DNA of 64,000 bases, taken from contig OX337231.1 in NCBI GenBank assembly GCA_946965045.2, forward strand, positions 744,001 to 808,000, written 5' to 3'. Origin of the DNA: Epithemia pelagica. Its lineage: Eukaryota; Protista; Bacillariophyta. The position numbers were made by a program, and so were the translations under genes. Of this stretch, positions 43,997-55,790 are shown piece by piece. Every line of letters begins with the position of its first letter. Position 1 is the first letter of the stretch. The notes under the pieces are model-generated. The model was given only the letters and a program-made list of their open reading frames with translations, was not told where the DNA came from and made no database searches.

Positions 43997-46116
43997 CACG
44001 ATGGACTCGACGTCTTGCTTTCATTTTGAGGCCATAGGAGCGTACCGACTGTCTCAAACGAGGTTTTGGCGGTCTTGGTGGAGTGCTCACAGCACGAGTA
44101 GCTGTGGCTCCAGACTTGGAGTCTTGCTCGACCAGGCTCATGGCACAACAAAGGCCTGTGAACAAGGCGAGATACAGTAGGAATAACCACGGCAGATAAA
44201 GCCAAAATAGGTCCCCCATCCCCCTCATGAGCGCACAGTCGAGTAAGGATGAGAAGATAGAGGTCGCCCAGGTTTCCCTCCTGGGACCATAGCGATGATA
44301 GGGGCGGCCTACACCAGATGGACCGTCCAAAGACGCCACCCAGCGGCCACCCCATCAGGAGAAATGCTCCACGAGACTGCGGAGCGACTGGTCGACGGAG
44401 CGAGCCACATTTGCGACTGCAGCATCGACCTCAGCGCGATTGACAGTAGAACCAGCCACAGTACCAGTCGCTCCGGTGAGCGTGCTGGTCGTGCTGGCGC
44501 CGTCGGCTCGCGCGGCATGAGCACTCGCGTCTTGCTTGGAAGAATGCGTCCAATCCGGAACCCAGCGATGCGTGCGATGGTTGTAGAACATAATATGTTT
44601 TCCATCAATCACGCGTCGATTTCGCTCGTCCGACTTTGGAGGCGCCCACTTTCCGGATGCACCACCTGCTCCAGAATTTGAGGAACTCGTCCCATTGGCT
44701 GCCTTCTTAGAACCAAACTTGTCTTTGTTCGCAGCAATCTTCTATTCGTTGCGGGGTTCCGTGCACTTCGGTGCTGTACGTCCCGGCTTTCCACAATTCC
44801 AATAAATTGGTTGGGACTTGCCATTGCCCAAAGAGGCAGTATTGGCAGCTTTCTTGGCATCTTCTTGGGCATTGAACACGGAGTTCTTTCCCTTCGTTTT
44901 AGAACCGTGCCAGTCATTACTGCTGCATAATTCATTATACTTAGTTTCGGCTAAGCGAAGCAAAACATCAACTTCCAATCCACCAGTGTCATCAGGATCA
45001 CCTTGAAGTTTACCAATGTCCCGTGCCATTGTGTAAGTTTGCTCGATATAGCGGAAATAGGAGTTAAATTTGCAAACGGATGAAGTTTGCATGACCTTTA
45101 GCCTTTAGCACTTGCTGATTAAAACGCTCTGGAACTTTCTTGACCCATTTCAAGCGCTTGTGTGCACCACGGATTAAACTTACAACACAAAGAACGTTTT
45201 CACCTTGAAACTCATTGATCTTCAAATTCTTAACCAAGTCTTTCAAATGATCAATAGCGGCTTCCGAACTTGAAACCAGAATGTTCATCATAATGACGAA
45301 GAGCAGCGGACCCCCTTGTTGAATGGTAGGGTAAGTCTCAAACTGTTCGTAGCATTTTTCAAACAGACTTTGAGTCATGTTATTTTCCAGATGCTTGTAG
45401 GTTAGTACCAAATTCTCCCGGTACCAATCCTTCTTGGTCCAGCGGCGATACCATTCACAACTGGCTGCAACTTCATCGGGAGTAACTTCCTCATAATTTA
45501 AATATAGATCTACAGTACGAGACTCAATACTCCGGGATCCCTTCAACTTGGGGAACACAATCGTGAATACGTCATGCATATCGTAAACCATATGCATGTC
45601 CTTGGTCTTGGAAATCATGATGGCAGTGTTATAACACTCATCCAACTTCTTTTCATCGGTCAAACTCATACTCGTGAAAGTATATTTCGTTTGCGATGTC
45701 TTCACGGCTTCCTTGAAGAGATCTTGTTTCTTCTTCGAGGACATCTTCTCCCTGTTCTCTTTCCGATATAGAGGTCCTTGATCCGCGACACCATATCCCC
45801 TTGAACCTGGTTCCACCAGCTCAACTGCCAGTCCCCCAACCATGAATTAGGTATCTGTATCTAACGGGTAGTCATCGCTCTTTGAACTCTTATCCGAATT
45901 GTTTTCATCGCTTGTTCTTCTTTGTCTTCTCTCATTAAGACCCTGAAGCGTTTCGTCGAGTGTTCGGAATCCAAAGTCGGATTCCCGATTGCCGGTTCCA
46001 GTCTGGTCTTCCGCTGAGGCGTCTTGATAGTCCTCATCGTCTCCCGTGTTAGCCGGTGCAGCACCTGAAGCGGGTGAAACATTTGCCGAGTCTTCTGCTC
46101 GCGCCATTGTTCTCAC
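43997..46116 (-). pseudogene. Outer Copia gag region (stops and frameshifts)
   Basis: QQGGPLLF gag motif in 45064-45843; degenerate zinc knuckle YWNCGKPGRTAPKC in 44742-45092; in-frame stop at 45847-45849. Confidence 0.8.
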
Positions 46117-46196
46117 CTTCTCTCTGTCCTATCTTGCCAGAGCACTCACTTCCTTGACACCGTACGACCTTGGGAAACCTTCTACAGCGTAATACT

Positions 46197-46209
46197 TGGG
46201 CTCAGAACC
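46197..46209 (-). promoter_or_regulatory. Primer-binding site of the outer Copia (probable internal tRNAiMet-fragment type)
   Basis: GGTTCTGAGCCCA directly follows the 5' LTR on the minus strand; resembles the GGTTATGGGCCCA-type PBS complementary to the tRNAiMet anticodon region. Confidence 0.55.
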
Positions 46210-46444
46210 TGCGAGTAGTGGAAAAGAACGGCGGTCTCTTTCCCATTGAGCAATCCGTAAAAGGATACTTATTCTGATAATCACTATTATGTTAGGCCTA
46301 AATTCTCACTAAACTCACTACAATCTTTTCTTCAATATCTTGGATGAGTCATTCCATCCATTCGTTCACATCTACGTCGCTCATCATTCGTGATTGATGA
46401 GTCTTGTTGCCGAGTATAATCTTGCTACCCCAGCTATACTCGCA
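46210..46444 (-). repeat. 5' LTR of the outer Copia
   Basis: TG...CA ends with an 8-bp terminal inverted repeat. Confidence 0.95.
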
Positions 46445-46449
46445 CTCGG

Positions 46450-48966
46450 CTATTGAAATGATTCTTCTGAGGCTTGACTTGTACGTGTGCGGAGAGCTAT
46501 TCCTGATTCGTTGTCATCTATCGTCTCCAGGTCGTTCTCTTGTCCCCAACTTGTTCCCGAGGAATCCGTCGCTTTGGCCTGGAGCTCTTGTCGCAAACTT
46601 GCAAAAATGACACAGTTAAAGTAGAGCGAAGCGGCGACGCCGACAAATCCCAACAAACAAAACAAACCAACACATACCACCGCCATGTAACCAACCCAGA
46701 TAACATGAGCACTGAACTGGGAGTCTCGTATTGTTGTGTGAAAATAATTCAGGGACCACAAAAAGACAAATAATGCCGCACTGCCAGCATTCGTGAAAGA
46801 GCGCCACCACCAATGATAATTTTTGCGGCCGAGCTGCCAGTAATTCAAGAGAATGGTAACTTCTGCGCATGTGACAAGCGCAATGACAAAGACCCACATC
46901 AAGAATTCAAACGAGTGGTAATAATAAAGACCACTCAACGCATGGGCCTGCATCAAATGCAGTTCCACATGGCAGGAATAATACGGCAAAATCCCACCGA
47001 TGGCCATGGTACAGGGGACCCAGAGAAACCATGGCTGAGAAGGAATTGGTCTTCGAATGAAGTTGGTACTGACAGGAAACTCGAATGACTCTTGTCGGTA
47101 ACCAAAACGTGCACCCACAAACACCAGTGGTGTCATGATTCCAAACCACCAGATAAGCAATATCACATGTGTCGAAATGGGTATGGCAAATGTTGACTCA
47201 TGCAATCTAGCCATTATGTTGACCACAATAAACACACCAAACACAAGTGAGGGAAAGCCAAGAGCCGTCCAAAGCGTTGCTCGTTGATACTGGTTGCCCT
47301 GAAACGCCTTGTACAACCGTGCCGTGACATAGCCACCCAAGCACCCAAAAACTGCAAAGACGAACAACCCGACAGTCAACAAATGCCCTCGTCGTGCTGG
47401 ACTCATGAAACCGAATAAGCCAAAGAAAATAGTGCAGAAACTTGAACACAGGATTTGAGCTCCCGTACCACACGCCACGGCCAAAACCTTCGGATGCGAG
47501 GGTGGTCGAAAGACGTCGGCATGCAACAATCGCCAACCATGTATTTGATCGGCATTCACAGCATCATCATCATTAATTCTTTCTTGATGTTCTTGCTGCT
47601 CTTTGGCTTTGTCCAAAACCTCCAATCGATCGTATGGATCCATGACACGTTGTAAATGGCGCACCAAAATGGCCGCGATCACGCTTGTCAGCAAAACAAG
47701 CCAAATCAAGGAGATTCTAATTGGCACCCAATGTATACCATTGGCTGAAATCGTGTCCAGATAGATATTCCACCGCGAGGCCCAAGGCACATCAGGATTG
47801 ACAATCCATGTCACATCGTAGGTAAATAGGACCGTTCCAGACGCTGGTTGGGGGTCATCCCGTTCTTGGATCATTTTTGCAGTGGTATGTTCTTGACTCC
47901 CCGGTTGGCACGAGGCAATGGGATTCTGAATGGACGCAGTCTTGGGTAACAAGGATTGTTCTTCGTCGTTGACACGGAATTCATATCGAATGGAGTGGGG
48001 TTGCACAGCAAAGCGTACAATACGATACGCATTTGCTTGCCCTTCCACTGGGTGATACATAATCTCAAGATTGACCTAACAGTAATAGCCAACAGAGAAA
48101 CGCAATCACATACAGTAACAAGGAAGAAACCATATGAGATGAAAACACACAACGATGTTTCGCTAATGGAGAATGACTCGTACCCACCACATGAAAGGAT
48201 TGAGTACACACGTACTTACATGATTGTGAATGTAGGCCTTATCATCCGCTTCGGAAACAAATCCCAAGGGAAACCCCTGCGCGTACCAGGTAAAATCATC
48301 AGCAGGTCCTTTGTCGTCTTCTTCCTTGCCCCAATGATAGGCCGACGGAAGATTGTCGACAATCCAATTGTGGTGGTACCTATCGAAACACATCCAACAA
48401 GAAAACGAAACAAAATCATGAGGCAAGAAGCAGCAGTTTTAGTAGACCCTTCGGATCGTGATACGTACTCTTGTCGAATCGCCTGGACCACTCGATTGGG
48501 TGGGACACCTCGTTCTTCAGTCGGTCCCAACGTTTGGATACAGACTTGTTCGCAATACAAGTCCTGTTTCATGACGACTAGGTACGGCGAGCTTGCAATT
48601 CGGTCTCCTGCCAAAACTTCTCCCAGATTCAAATGATCCCACGTGGGTGGGCCCTTTTGAGGTTTACATAGGGGTAAAGAGTAGTATTGTAAGGGCAAAA
48701 GTGTTTGGTGGGATGTCATTTTGTTCACCTTGACTTTGACTCTGTTGTTTGGATTGACAGAAATGATAGATATAACATCAAGGGCAACGCACAAGCAAGA
48801 CGAGAAATGAGACACTTCACTCGAACAAATAAACAATAAGAAGGCATAATCCGTACCGATCACCGGGCAGAAAGGAACGGGGGTTGACCCCTGGTACATA
48901 CGAGGAGGATGCCTCAGCAACCACCCAGCAGCCGGGAACCAGTAGTAGAAGCCACTTCGTCATCAT
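46450..48966 (-). CDS. TM9SF/nonaspanin (EMP70) protein, 4 exons (48966-48857, 48741-48469, 48379-48220, 48075-46450)
   Basis: Signal peptide, YVPGVNPRSF, VNKMTS, NLGEVLAGDRI, YHHNWIVDNLP, GFPLG, WASRWNIYL, IHW, GWRLLHADVFRPP, WWWRSF and nine hydrophobic segments; three GT-AG introns keep the frame. Confidence 0.9.
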
Positions 48967-49437
48967 AACCAGGAGAACCGACGAGAACAACGACGACCGG
49001 AAATTGATATGTTGCGTCTAAAGGATCGGAAGAACCAATCCTCTTGGCATATCCTCTCTCCTCGCTCGCTTTCTCTGCTGGTAAACGGTGTAGTGGTACC
49101 TTGGAACAGATCCGGTGTCTGAAAACATCACATGGATCATGGTCAAACGTGTCAAATTAACTGGTGCCGAATATGGAATTAATCGCGATCGCAGTATGGA
49201 GCGACAGATGTGCGACAACTGCTGCGTTGAATCGTGATGGTCGTTGTAAAAGTGCCCAAGGCCCAACTAGCTTGCATATTGACAATGACGGGGTGCTACC
49301 GTGAAACCCCCCCCAAAAGTCAACCACCAAAAGTCACCTTCGTCCCCATGAAAAAAATGAAACATCCGGGATGTTGTGCAAATGTTCCTTTCGTTAGACC
49401 AACCAACGCGAAAACCAAAGTCTCCACCTGATGCACG

Positions 49438-51270
49438 ATGTTTCGGTCGAAAAACCACAACCAAGTGATTCTATTAGCCTTGGCCTGCGCTGTGATTTTC
49501 TTGAATGGACCATTGTTTGTTGCCTTTGATGGATCTTTCAACAGTCCACCGACGACTGAATTTGAATGCTTCACGTCCTCGCAAGTGGACCAAATGATTC
49601 AAGAAGCATTACGAAAAGAATCTGACAAGCTTCGAGAGCAGATCACACAAGAGCTTCGACGGCAGATCACTCAAGAACTTCGGGAACAGATCGCACGAGA
49701 CATGATAAATGGTACAAAAACACTTGAAAATCACAGGAGTGACAGGCAGAAGGACACAACTGCTGACGGTTCAGAGACTCAAAGCGCATTTATTCAAGAG
49801 CAAGTCTCACCGAAACAAATTTCCGAGCCAAGATTCTCTAATGGAATGAACAACCTGGTGGTAGGAATGGCAAAGGTCGATCGCGATGAGTTCACTACAA
49901 GGTTTGATTTGGGAGTTCCTTTGGATCGTTCTGATCAAAAGAATCATGAGGTACTGTTTCTGTATTCTCATGCCGATGCGATGCCATCGGATCCTGTTTC
50001 TAAGCAACAGGCCAAATCTCAGACAACAATACCCAGAGTATCGGCAGAGGATGCGACAGCCAATTGTGACTTTCTCAATATTGTTTTCCAACATCACGGT
50101 GGAAGGCGAAGGCAATGCATGGCAATTATGCGTCTTCCAGAGGACACAGACAAATTAAACTCCTCAACACCTCTGATTCTTGCAAGTCGGGGTGCAGATG
50201 GAAATCACAAGTTTGTAACAACCACAGGCCCAGAGAAAACCAAGGAATACATGACTCATTTGCAAAGGTACCTTGGAGATCTGGGCCGTACAGCGGCCTT
50301 TCTTCGACCAATTTTGAAGAGGGTTGCTGTGCAAAACACTGTTGTTGTTATGACATGCAACTTTGGACAGTCGGAGCACATGTTGAACTTCTTGTGTTCC
50401 GCCAAACGCCGAGGTCTTGACACTTCGTCAATTGTCGTGTTTGCCATGGATCAAGGAACAGATAGCCTTCTCAAGAACGTTGGAGGTGTTACAGTTGTGT
50501 ATCTGGAACAAACTTTTTCGGGTTTGCCATTACACGCTGCCGGTGCCTATGGTGATAATGACTACGCGAAATTGATGTTGGCCAAAGTTTATTGTGTTCA
50601 TCTCCCAGTTTTTCTCGGCTACAATGTTCTTTTCCAGGATGTCGATATAGTATGGTATCGGCATCCGCTGGACTTTTTCCACAACACGAGTCGAAAGGAC
50701 TCATCCTTTGATTTATACTTTCAAGACGATGGCAATCGTCTGGTTTACCCAACCTACTCTGCCAATTCAGGCTTTTACTACGTCCGCAACAATCCTCGCA
50801 CGGTCCATTTTTTCAACGCTCTGCTCATGGAAGGCGACGATATCCTCGAACGACGGAGTCATCAATCGGCCATTCATTCGTTGCTACAGGAACACGCAAG
50901 CTTATATGCCCTCAAAATCAAAGTTTATGCAAGAGAGGAAACGTTATTCCCGGGTGGATATAGCTATCGCGTGGATCGGTCTTACATGAAAAAGTTTGTG
51001 AAAGGAGAGATACAACCAATACTCTTTCACATGAGTTGGACAGCATCAAAAACGGACAAGCTCAAGTTCTTTCAGCAAATGGGAGATTGGTACCTCGCCG
51101 ATAGCTGTACCAGTATCTCCAGTCACTACAATGAATCGAATCTTAGAGCCAACATCCACGCGTATTCGAGTTGTTGCTTGAAGGAACCAACTATTGTTTG
51201 TCATAACCCTAGCACGCCGAGCATCATTCCTTGCCCAAACAGCACGTTTTGGAAAGACATGGAAAAGTAG
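49438..51270 (+). CDS. Nucleotide-diphospho-sugar transferase (Nucleotid_trans/GT77-like), type II membrane
   Basis: N-terminal anchor; MLAKVYCV, VLFQDVDIVWYRHP (DxD), QDDG, ANSGFYYVRNN, FHMSWT. Confidence 0.85.
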   Translation: MFRSKNHNQVILLALACAVIFLNGPLFVAFDGSFNSPPTTEFECFTSSQVDQMIQEALRKESDKLREQITQELRRQITQELREQIARDMINGTKTLENHRSDRQKDTTADGSETQSAFIQEQVSPKQISEPRFSNGMNNLVVGMAKVDRDEFTTRFDLGVPLDRSDQKNHEVLFLYSHADAMPSDPVSKQQAKSQTTIPRVSAEDATANCDFLNIVFQHHGGRRRQCMAIMRLPEDTDKLNSSTPLILASRGADGNHKFVTTTGPEKTKEYMTHLQRYLGDLGRTAAFLRPILKRVAVQNTVVVMTCNFGQSEHMLNFLCSAKRRGLDTSSIVVFAMDQGTDSLLKNVGGVTVVYLEQTFSGLPLHAAGAYGDNDYAKLMLAKVYCVHLPVFLGYNVLFQDVDIVWYRHPLDFFHNTSRKDSSFDLYFQDDGNRLVYPTYSANSGFYYVRNNPRTVHFFNALLMEGDDILERRSHQSAIHSLLQEHASLYALKIKVYAREETLFPGGYSYRVDRSYMKKFVKGEIQPILFHMSWTASKTDKLKFFQQMGDWYLADSCTSISSHYNESNLRANIHAYSSCCLKEPTIVCHNPSTPSIIPCPNSTFWKDMEK

Positions 51271-51671
51271 TCAACAAGAGTAACGTCATTTTATCAACTC
51301 GGTTCTATTCCAACATTAGAAGGACTCGCCGTCTATGTCGGGGAATGCCCCTCAGAACCATGATCAGCATTCGTGGAGAAAGAAAGCAATGCGACATAAC
51401 TGTGATATTCTGAAGGAGAACACTCCACTAGGTATTGTAGTGTCCTTCATCTACTTGACTTGTTCCGACCTGTATGTGTCCTGTAATGTTGAATTACTAG
51501 AAGTACAACCGAGTCTTGAGGAGTGTGTGTGTTCTAGGATAAAATTACAACAAGAAAGCGCTACGACAACAACGTTTTTGTGGACGGAAACAACAGTGTG
51601 TTGATTTCCTCGGGTGTCGTCGTGCGTGGTGGCATTGCGTTCATCAGGTTGTTTTCGTACTAGTACCAGTA

Positions 51672-54194
51672 TTAGGTGGATTTGGAGTCGCATCCCCAAA
51701 GGACGTCTTCCACGGCCGAAGATTGATCTTGCAGGTACTGCCTCAAATCAAAGCAAAAGGGCTGCTCACCAAAATTGCAGTGGACCAAACACTTGGTATC
51801 CATTCCCACGGTGGGATACCAATCTTGTTGATAAAAGGCCTGGTCGGCATGCTGCAAATTGGTCCACGCCGGTCCCAAATAGTGGCCATTGAGCGTGTAA
51901 AAGATTTGGTGATGCAAGTAGTCAATCCCGCATCCCACCACATCGCCCGCACCAAATTTGGGACCGTACGGTCGTAACATGTGACCAGTTTCGTAAAAGA
52001 CTCCACCATCGTCGCCGTGATAGCCATAACTAAAGGAATCCCATCCGGGCATGCGAGAATGCAAGGAAAATTCATTGCACGAGAGTCCGACGGCAATGCA
52101 TTCTCGTGGGGAATTCCTGTTGGTGGTTGGTGTCGCAGTCGTAACCTCGTGTGTCTCTGCGGCCAAATGGACTTGAGGCAATGCAAACTGCTCTTCTTCT
52201 TCTTCTTCCTGGTTGTCGTCGGTTCCTCGATCACGAGCCAATCGTTGTGCTCGGAGACGTTCTTGTTCTTGCTCTTCGGATGCTGGAGGGAGAATGGTGA
52301 CTTCAAAATAATGGACCATGCGAGGCGTTACATTTTGCTCCCGCCTGCCAGTCGTGTTGTTTTTTGTACAAAAGGGAACCACAAAGGGTCGAAAGAGGGG
52401 TGTGGCTGTTGTGGTCGTCGTTGGTTCGTCCATCGGATTGGTGGAAGAGCGACGATGCGAACTTCTCGTTCTTTGAAGACGGCTGAGCAAGTGGGATGGT
52501 CGATGTCGGTGGTGGTGATGGGTGTTTCCATTCAGGACACGGAGAGATGGTGACGACGACGACGAAGCAGGCACGGCAGCATTGCGTGAGGTTGGATGAA
52601 ACAATCGTGACAAGGGACCACCACTGGATGGGTGATGATTGCCACCACAAAAGACAAGGTGAGGAATGGCTTGAAACATGGAGGAGGATTTGTGATTCTT
52701 TTTATTCTTTTCGTCCTGCAATGGCAAGGGTGTCTTCCAGGGTTGATTGGATCGAATGCATCGATCTCCTGTACCAACTGTCCCCGTATATTGCACGGCT
52801 GTTACTCCTTGGGGCATGACTTGGACCACTCTTAAGGGCGCGGCTTGGGAGGAGGATGGTTGTTGCTGTTGTTGTTGTAGCAATCGACGATGCCGTTGCA
52901 AGGAATTGGACCATCGACAGGGAAGTAGCAAATCCGTATCAATGTGGGAAGGAAAGGTGGATTGCGCCAATTGCAACACAACATTGTAGTTTAACTCTTG
53001 CGGTGTGTAACCCGACGTTACTCGACACAGATCCTCCTCCATACTACTCTCCTTGGTGAGTGTTGCCAATGGTGACACGTGCGGCCCTACCGTGTTGGTG
53101 GTGGTAATGGACACGGTCCGTGGGGTCGTAGTAGTAGTAGTAGTGACGAATCCTCGGGACGCCGTCCAGAGGCCTCGTTTGGGAGTACTGTGACTGCTGT
53201 TGGAACTCATGCCCGAGCTCACCGATTCCGCGGCATTGGTCAAATGAAACGGATGGATAGTACTATTCATGTTGCTGCTGCTGCCGTGATGAGTGTGTGG
53301 GGAAAGAACCAGACTGCACGTGTATCGTGTGGTGGTAGCCCGACACTGCGGCCATGTGACTTGCATATAAGTCTTCCACAACAAGTCCGCCTCATCACTT
53401 TGCAACAAGGTCCAAATCTTGTGGGTGGTTTGAGCCAAGGGCCTGACATTGTCTGGTGCCAAAAAGGAGCAAATGTTTAACAACACCTCATCGGGAAGAC
53501 TTGTCAAGGACCACACAAAGGGCGACGACGACGACGACGAGGTGGTGGTGGTGGGGGACGAGAAGCCATTCAAGAAATACTCATGTTCCTTCATGGTGGT
53601 CTTGTTGCCATCATGGTCCAGTAGAGGCCATTTTTCTTCTTCCTTCTCTGGTTGGTAATTTGGACCTTGCTCCAAAGGAATAACGTTGGAGACTGGTTTG
53701 GAAGAGGTTGACTGCCGTTTGGCGTCACGTTTGCGTTTCAAAGAAGATACCACCGAAAAGGGAGAATTGGATGCTTCCGAAGACGGCACAAACCGCCCTG
53801 CTGCTGCTGTAGTAGTAGAAGGAGTAGTACCTGCGGAGAGCGCAACGGTTGTGGCAGGAAGAGGAGCCAAGGGACTTTGAATCAAACTGGCCAAGACCAA
53901 GTCATTGAGACTGTTGCGAATCGTACCAATCGAGCCAGGTGGCGGAGTTTCGCGAGAAGCAGTCACAAAGGACGAGGAAGAAGACGACGATGATGGCAAT
54001 GGCACTGGAAGAACTGTCTTGGGTGGTGGAGTCATGGTCGAAAAGGATCCAACGTGGGGGCCACATGCCGACGACGAAGCCGAAAAGAAGCAAACGTCCT
54101 CTTCTTCACTTCGTTCGGCGGCATCTTCTTCCGGAACGGATGCATCAAAGGCATCCCAGGAAACCAGTCGTTGACGGGACGAAACTCGTTTCAT
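51672..54194 (-). CDS. F-box + SPRY (RanBP9/10-type) protein
   Basis: LTSLPDEVLLNICSFL (F-box); HYFEVTI, IAVGL, MPGWDSFSYGYHGDDG, YGPKFGAGDVVGCG, FYTLNG (SPRY). Confidence 0.9.
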   Translation of the reverse strand: MKRVSSRQRLVSWDAFDASVPEEDAAERSEEEDVCFFSASSSACGPHVGSFSTMTPPPKTVLPVPLPSSSSSSSSFVTASRETPPPGSIGTIRNSLNDLVLASLIQSPLAPLPATTVALSAGTTPSTTTAAAGRFVPSSEASNSPFSVVSSLKRKRDAKRQSTSSKPVSNVIPLEQGPNYQPEKEEEKWPLLDHDGNKTTMKEHEYFLNGFSSPTTTTSSSSSSPFVWSLTSLPDEVLLNICSFLAPDNVRPLAQTTHKIWTLLQSDEADLLWKTYMQVTWPQCRATTTRYTCSLVLSPHTHHGSSSNMNSTIHPFHLTNAAESVSSGMSSNSSHSTPKRGLWTASRGFVTTTTTTTPRTVSITTTNTVGPHVSPLATLTKESSMEEDLCRVTSGYTPQELNYNVVLQLAQSTFPSHIDTDLLLPCRWSNSLQRHRRLLQQQQQQPSSSQAAPLRVVQVMPQGVTAVQYTGTVGTGDRCIRSNQPWKTPLPLQDEKNKKNHKSSSMFQAIPHLVFCGGNHHPSSGGPLSRLFHPTSRNAAVPASSSSSPSLRVLNGNTHHHHRHRPSHLLSRLQRTRSSHRRSSTNPMDEPTTTTTATPLFRPFVVPFCTKNNTTGRREQNVTPRMVHYFEVTILPPASEEQEQERLRAQRLARDRGTDDNQEEEEEEQFALPQVHLAAETHEVTTATPTTNRNSPRECIAVGLSCNEFSLHSRMPGWDSFSYGYHGDDGGVFYETGHMLRPYGPKFGAGDVVGCGIDYLHHQIFYTLNGHYLGPAWTNLQHADQAFYQQDWYPTVGMDTKCLVHCNFGEQPFCFDLRQYLQDQSSAVEDVLWGCDSKST

Positions 54195-54752
54195 GGTTGG
54201 TCAATCTTTTGGTAACGCTATATATACCCTGGTATGTATTGGATCTCTCCTTGTTTTGGTGGTGGTGGTGGTTGTGGTTGTGTCTTTGGGCTTTGGGTTC
54301 TGCTCGTGAAAAAAAAGACTCTTTGTTGTATTGTATGTGTGTGTTGGTCGTTTCGCTTGCAATGAATCAATCACTCTCGGCTCATCTCATCATCATCTGT
54401 CGGCACCGCATGTCTTTTGAAAAAAGAACCAGTCAAACGCACCTGGACGGAGAAGGAAGGAACGCATGGAACAGACTGGAATGCGATCCACACAACACAC
54501 AACCAACCAGTCCAACTGTCACGGAACGCGTTTGAAGTTGGAACAAGGGTGTCAGCAGCTGCTTCGTGTTCTCCACATAAGACAGACAGCCTGCAGGCCA
54601 TCTGCTTACCATCTGGTCGTTACTGTCTGTCGCAGCGACAGGAAGGCAATCGTGGATCTGGTTTGGAATCTTGCCGGACGCCGGACACACCCACATCATC
54701 AACGGATACTCCCACCACCAAAATCGGACGACGACGAGAGGAGGAGGAAGAC

Positions 54753-55721
54753 ATGAGGATTGGATCGTTGCGGGTGGGCACCACCGCCGCACTCCTACTA
54801 CTACGTTCTTCTTCTTCTTCTTCTCGTCTCACGTATCACCTTCAGTATCCTTTGTATCCTCACCCAAAACGACTGACTCATTCGTGGCCTTGTTTCTCAG
54901 TACGGTCACTTTCGCCCCTTATTGCATCCATTCTTCCCAGCCGAAGCTGCAGCAGAACCACTCGTACTGTGGGGATTGGACTCGAGACAGTGTCCACCCA
55001 CACCACAAGAACACGAACAAGAGGAGCGCAACGACGACAACAACTACTCCTACGAACCATGTCCGTGTCGTCGTCGGAACCAGACTTTGGAAGGGATCGT
55101 TTGGGTCGTCCTCGAGCCTTGTTTTTGTACGATGGTGCCTGTGGTGTCTGAAAATTTTGTGTGGCCTTTGTGGTGGAACGCGATGCGACGGATCATGTTC
55201 GATTCAGTCCCTTGCAAACCACATTCGCCCAAACCGTGTGTCGTCAATACGGCATGCCCGCCGATTTGACCACGGGCATTCTTATTGAACCCATGTCACC
55301 ACCCAACGACGACAACAATAAGGATTCCCCAACCGCTGGACTGTGTACGGCCGCGCATCGCGATTCGACGGCCATTTTGCGCATGCTCTTGGTGTTGCAG
55401 CCCTTTTATTATCGGTGGATTGGATGGTTGGCCCTGACGCTGGTTCCCAAAGTCGTCCGCGATGCCTGTTATCAAGCCTTTGCACGGAATCGAGGAACCA
55501 TTTGGAAAGCCGTCAAGCGTGTCACGGGCATGGGGGATACCCAACTGGATGCCTATCGAACTCAAATTTTGGGCATTGCCGATATCGATCAAATTGCCGT
55601 CCAAGAACCCGGTTGGGGATTCACTCCCCAGAAGGATGCGACAACAAACGACCATGACACCAACAACAACAACAACAAGGAGAGCACCAATGTCGATACA
55701 AAGGACACCAAGCAAGACTAG
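54753..55721 (+). CDS. DCC1/DUF393-like thiol-disulfide oxidoreductase with in-frame TGA at the second Cys of DxxCxxC; predicted selenoprotein
   Basis: ORFs 54417-55151 and 55161-55721 share a frame; read-through gives LFLYDGACGV[TGA 55149-55151]KFCVAFVVERDATDHVRFSPLQT...DSTAIL...VPKVVRDACYQAFARNR, a complete DCC domain. ATG 54753 adds an Arg/Ser/Thr-rich transit-like leader; alternative ATG at 55059. Confidence 0.8.
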
Positions 55722-55790
55722 GCTTGTGCACTTTCCACACATCATAGTTTCTGACTCATTCCGTCAATCCACACCATGAGAAATCCAATC

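Larger units (their letters stand above)
33889..46444 (-). mobile_element. Ty1/Copia (CoDi-like) LTR retrotransposon, decayed, carrying a nested element
   Basis: LTRs 33889-34117 and 46210-46444 (TGCGAGTA...TACTCGCA); 5-bp TSD cttgg/ctcgg with one mismatch; gag-PR-IN-RT-RH order on the minus strand. Confidence 0.95.
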
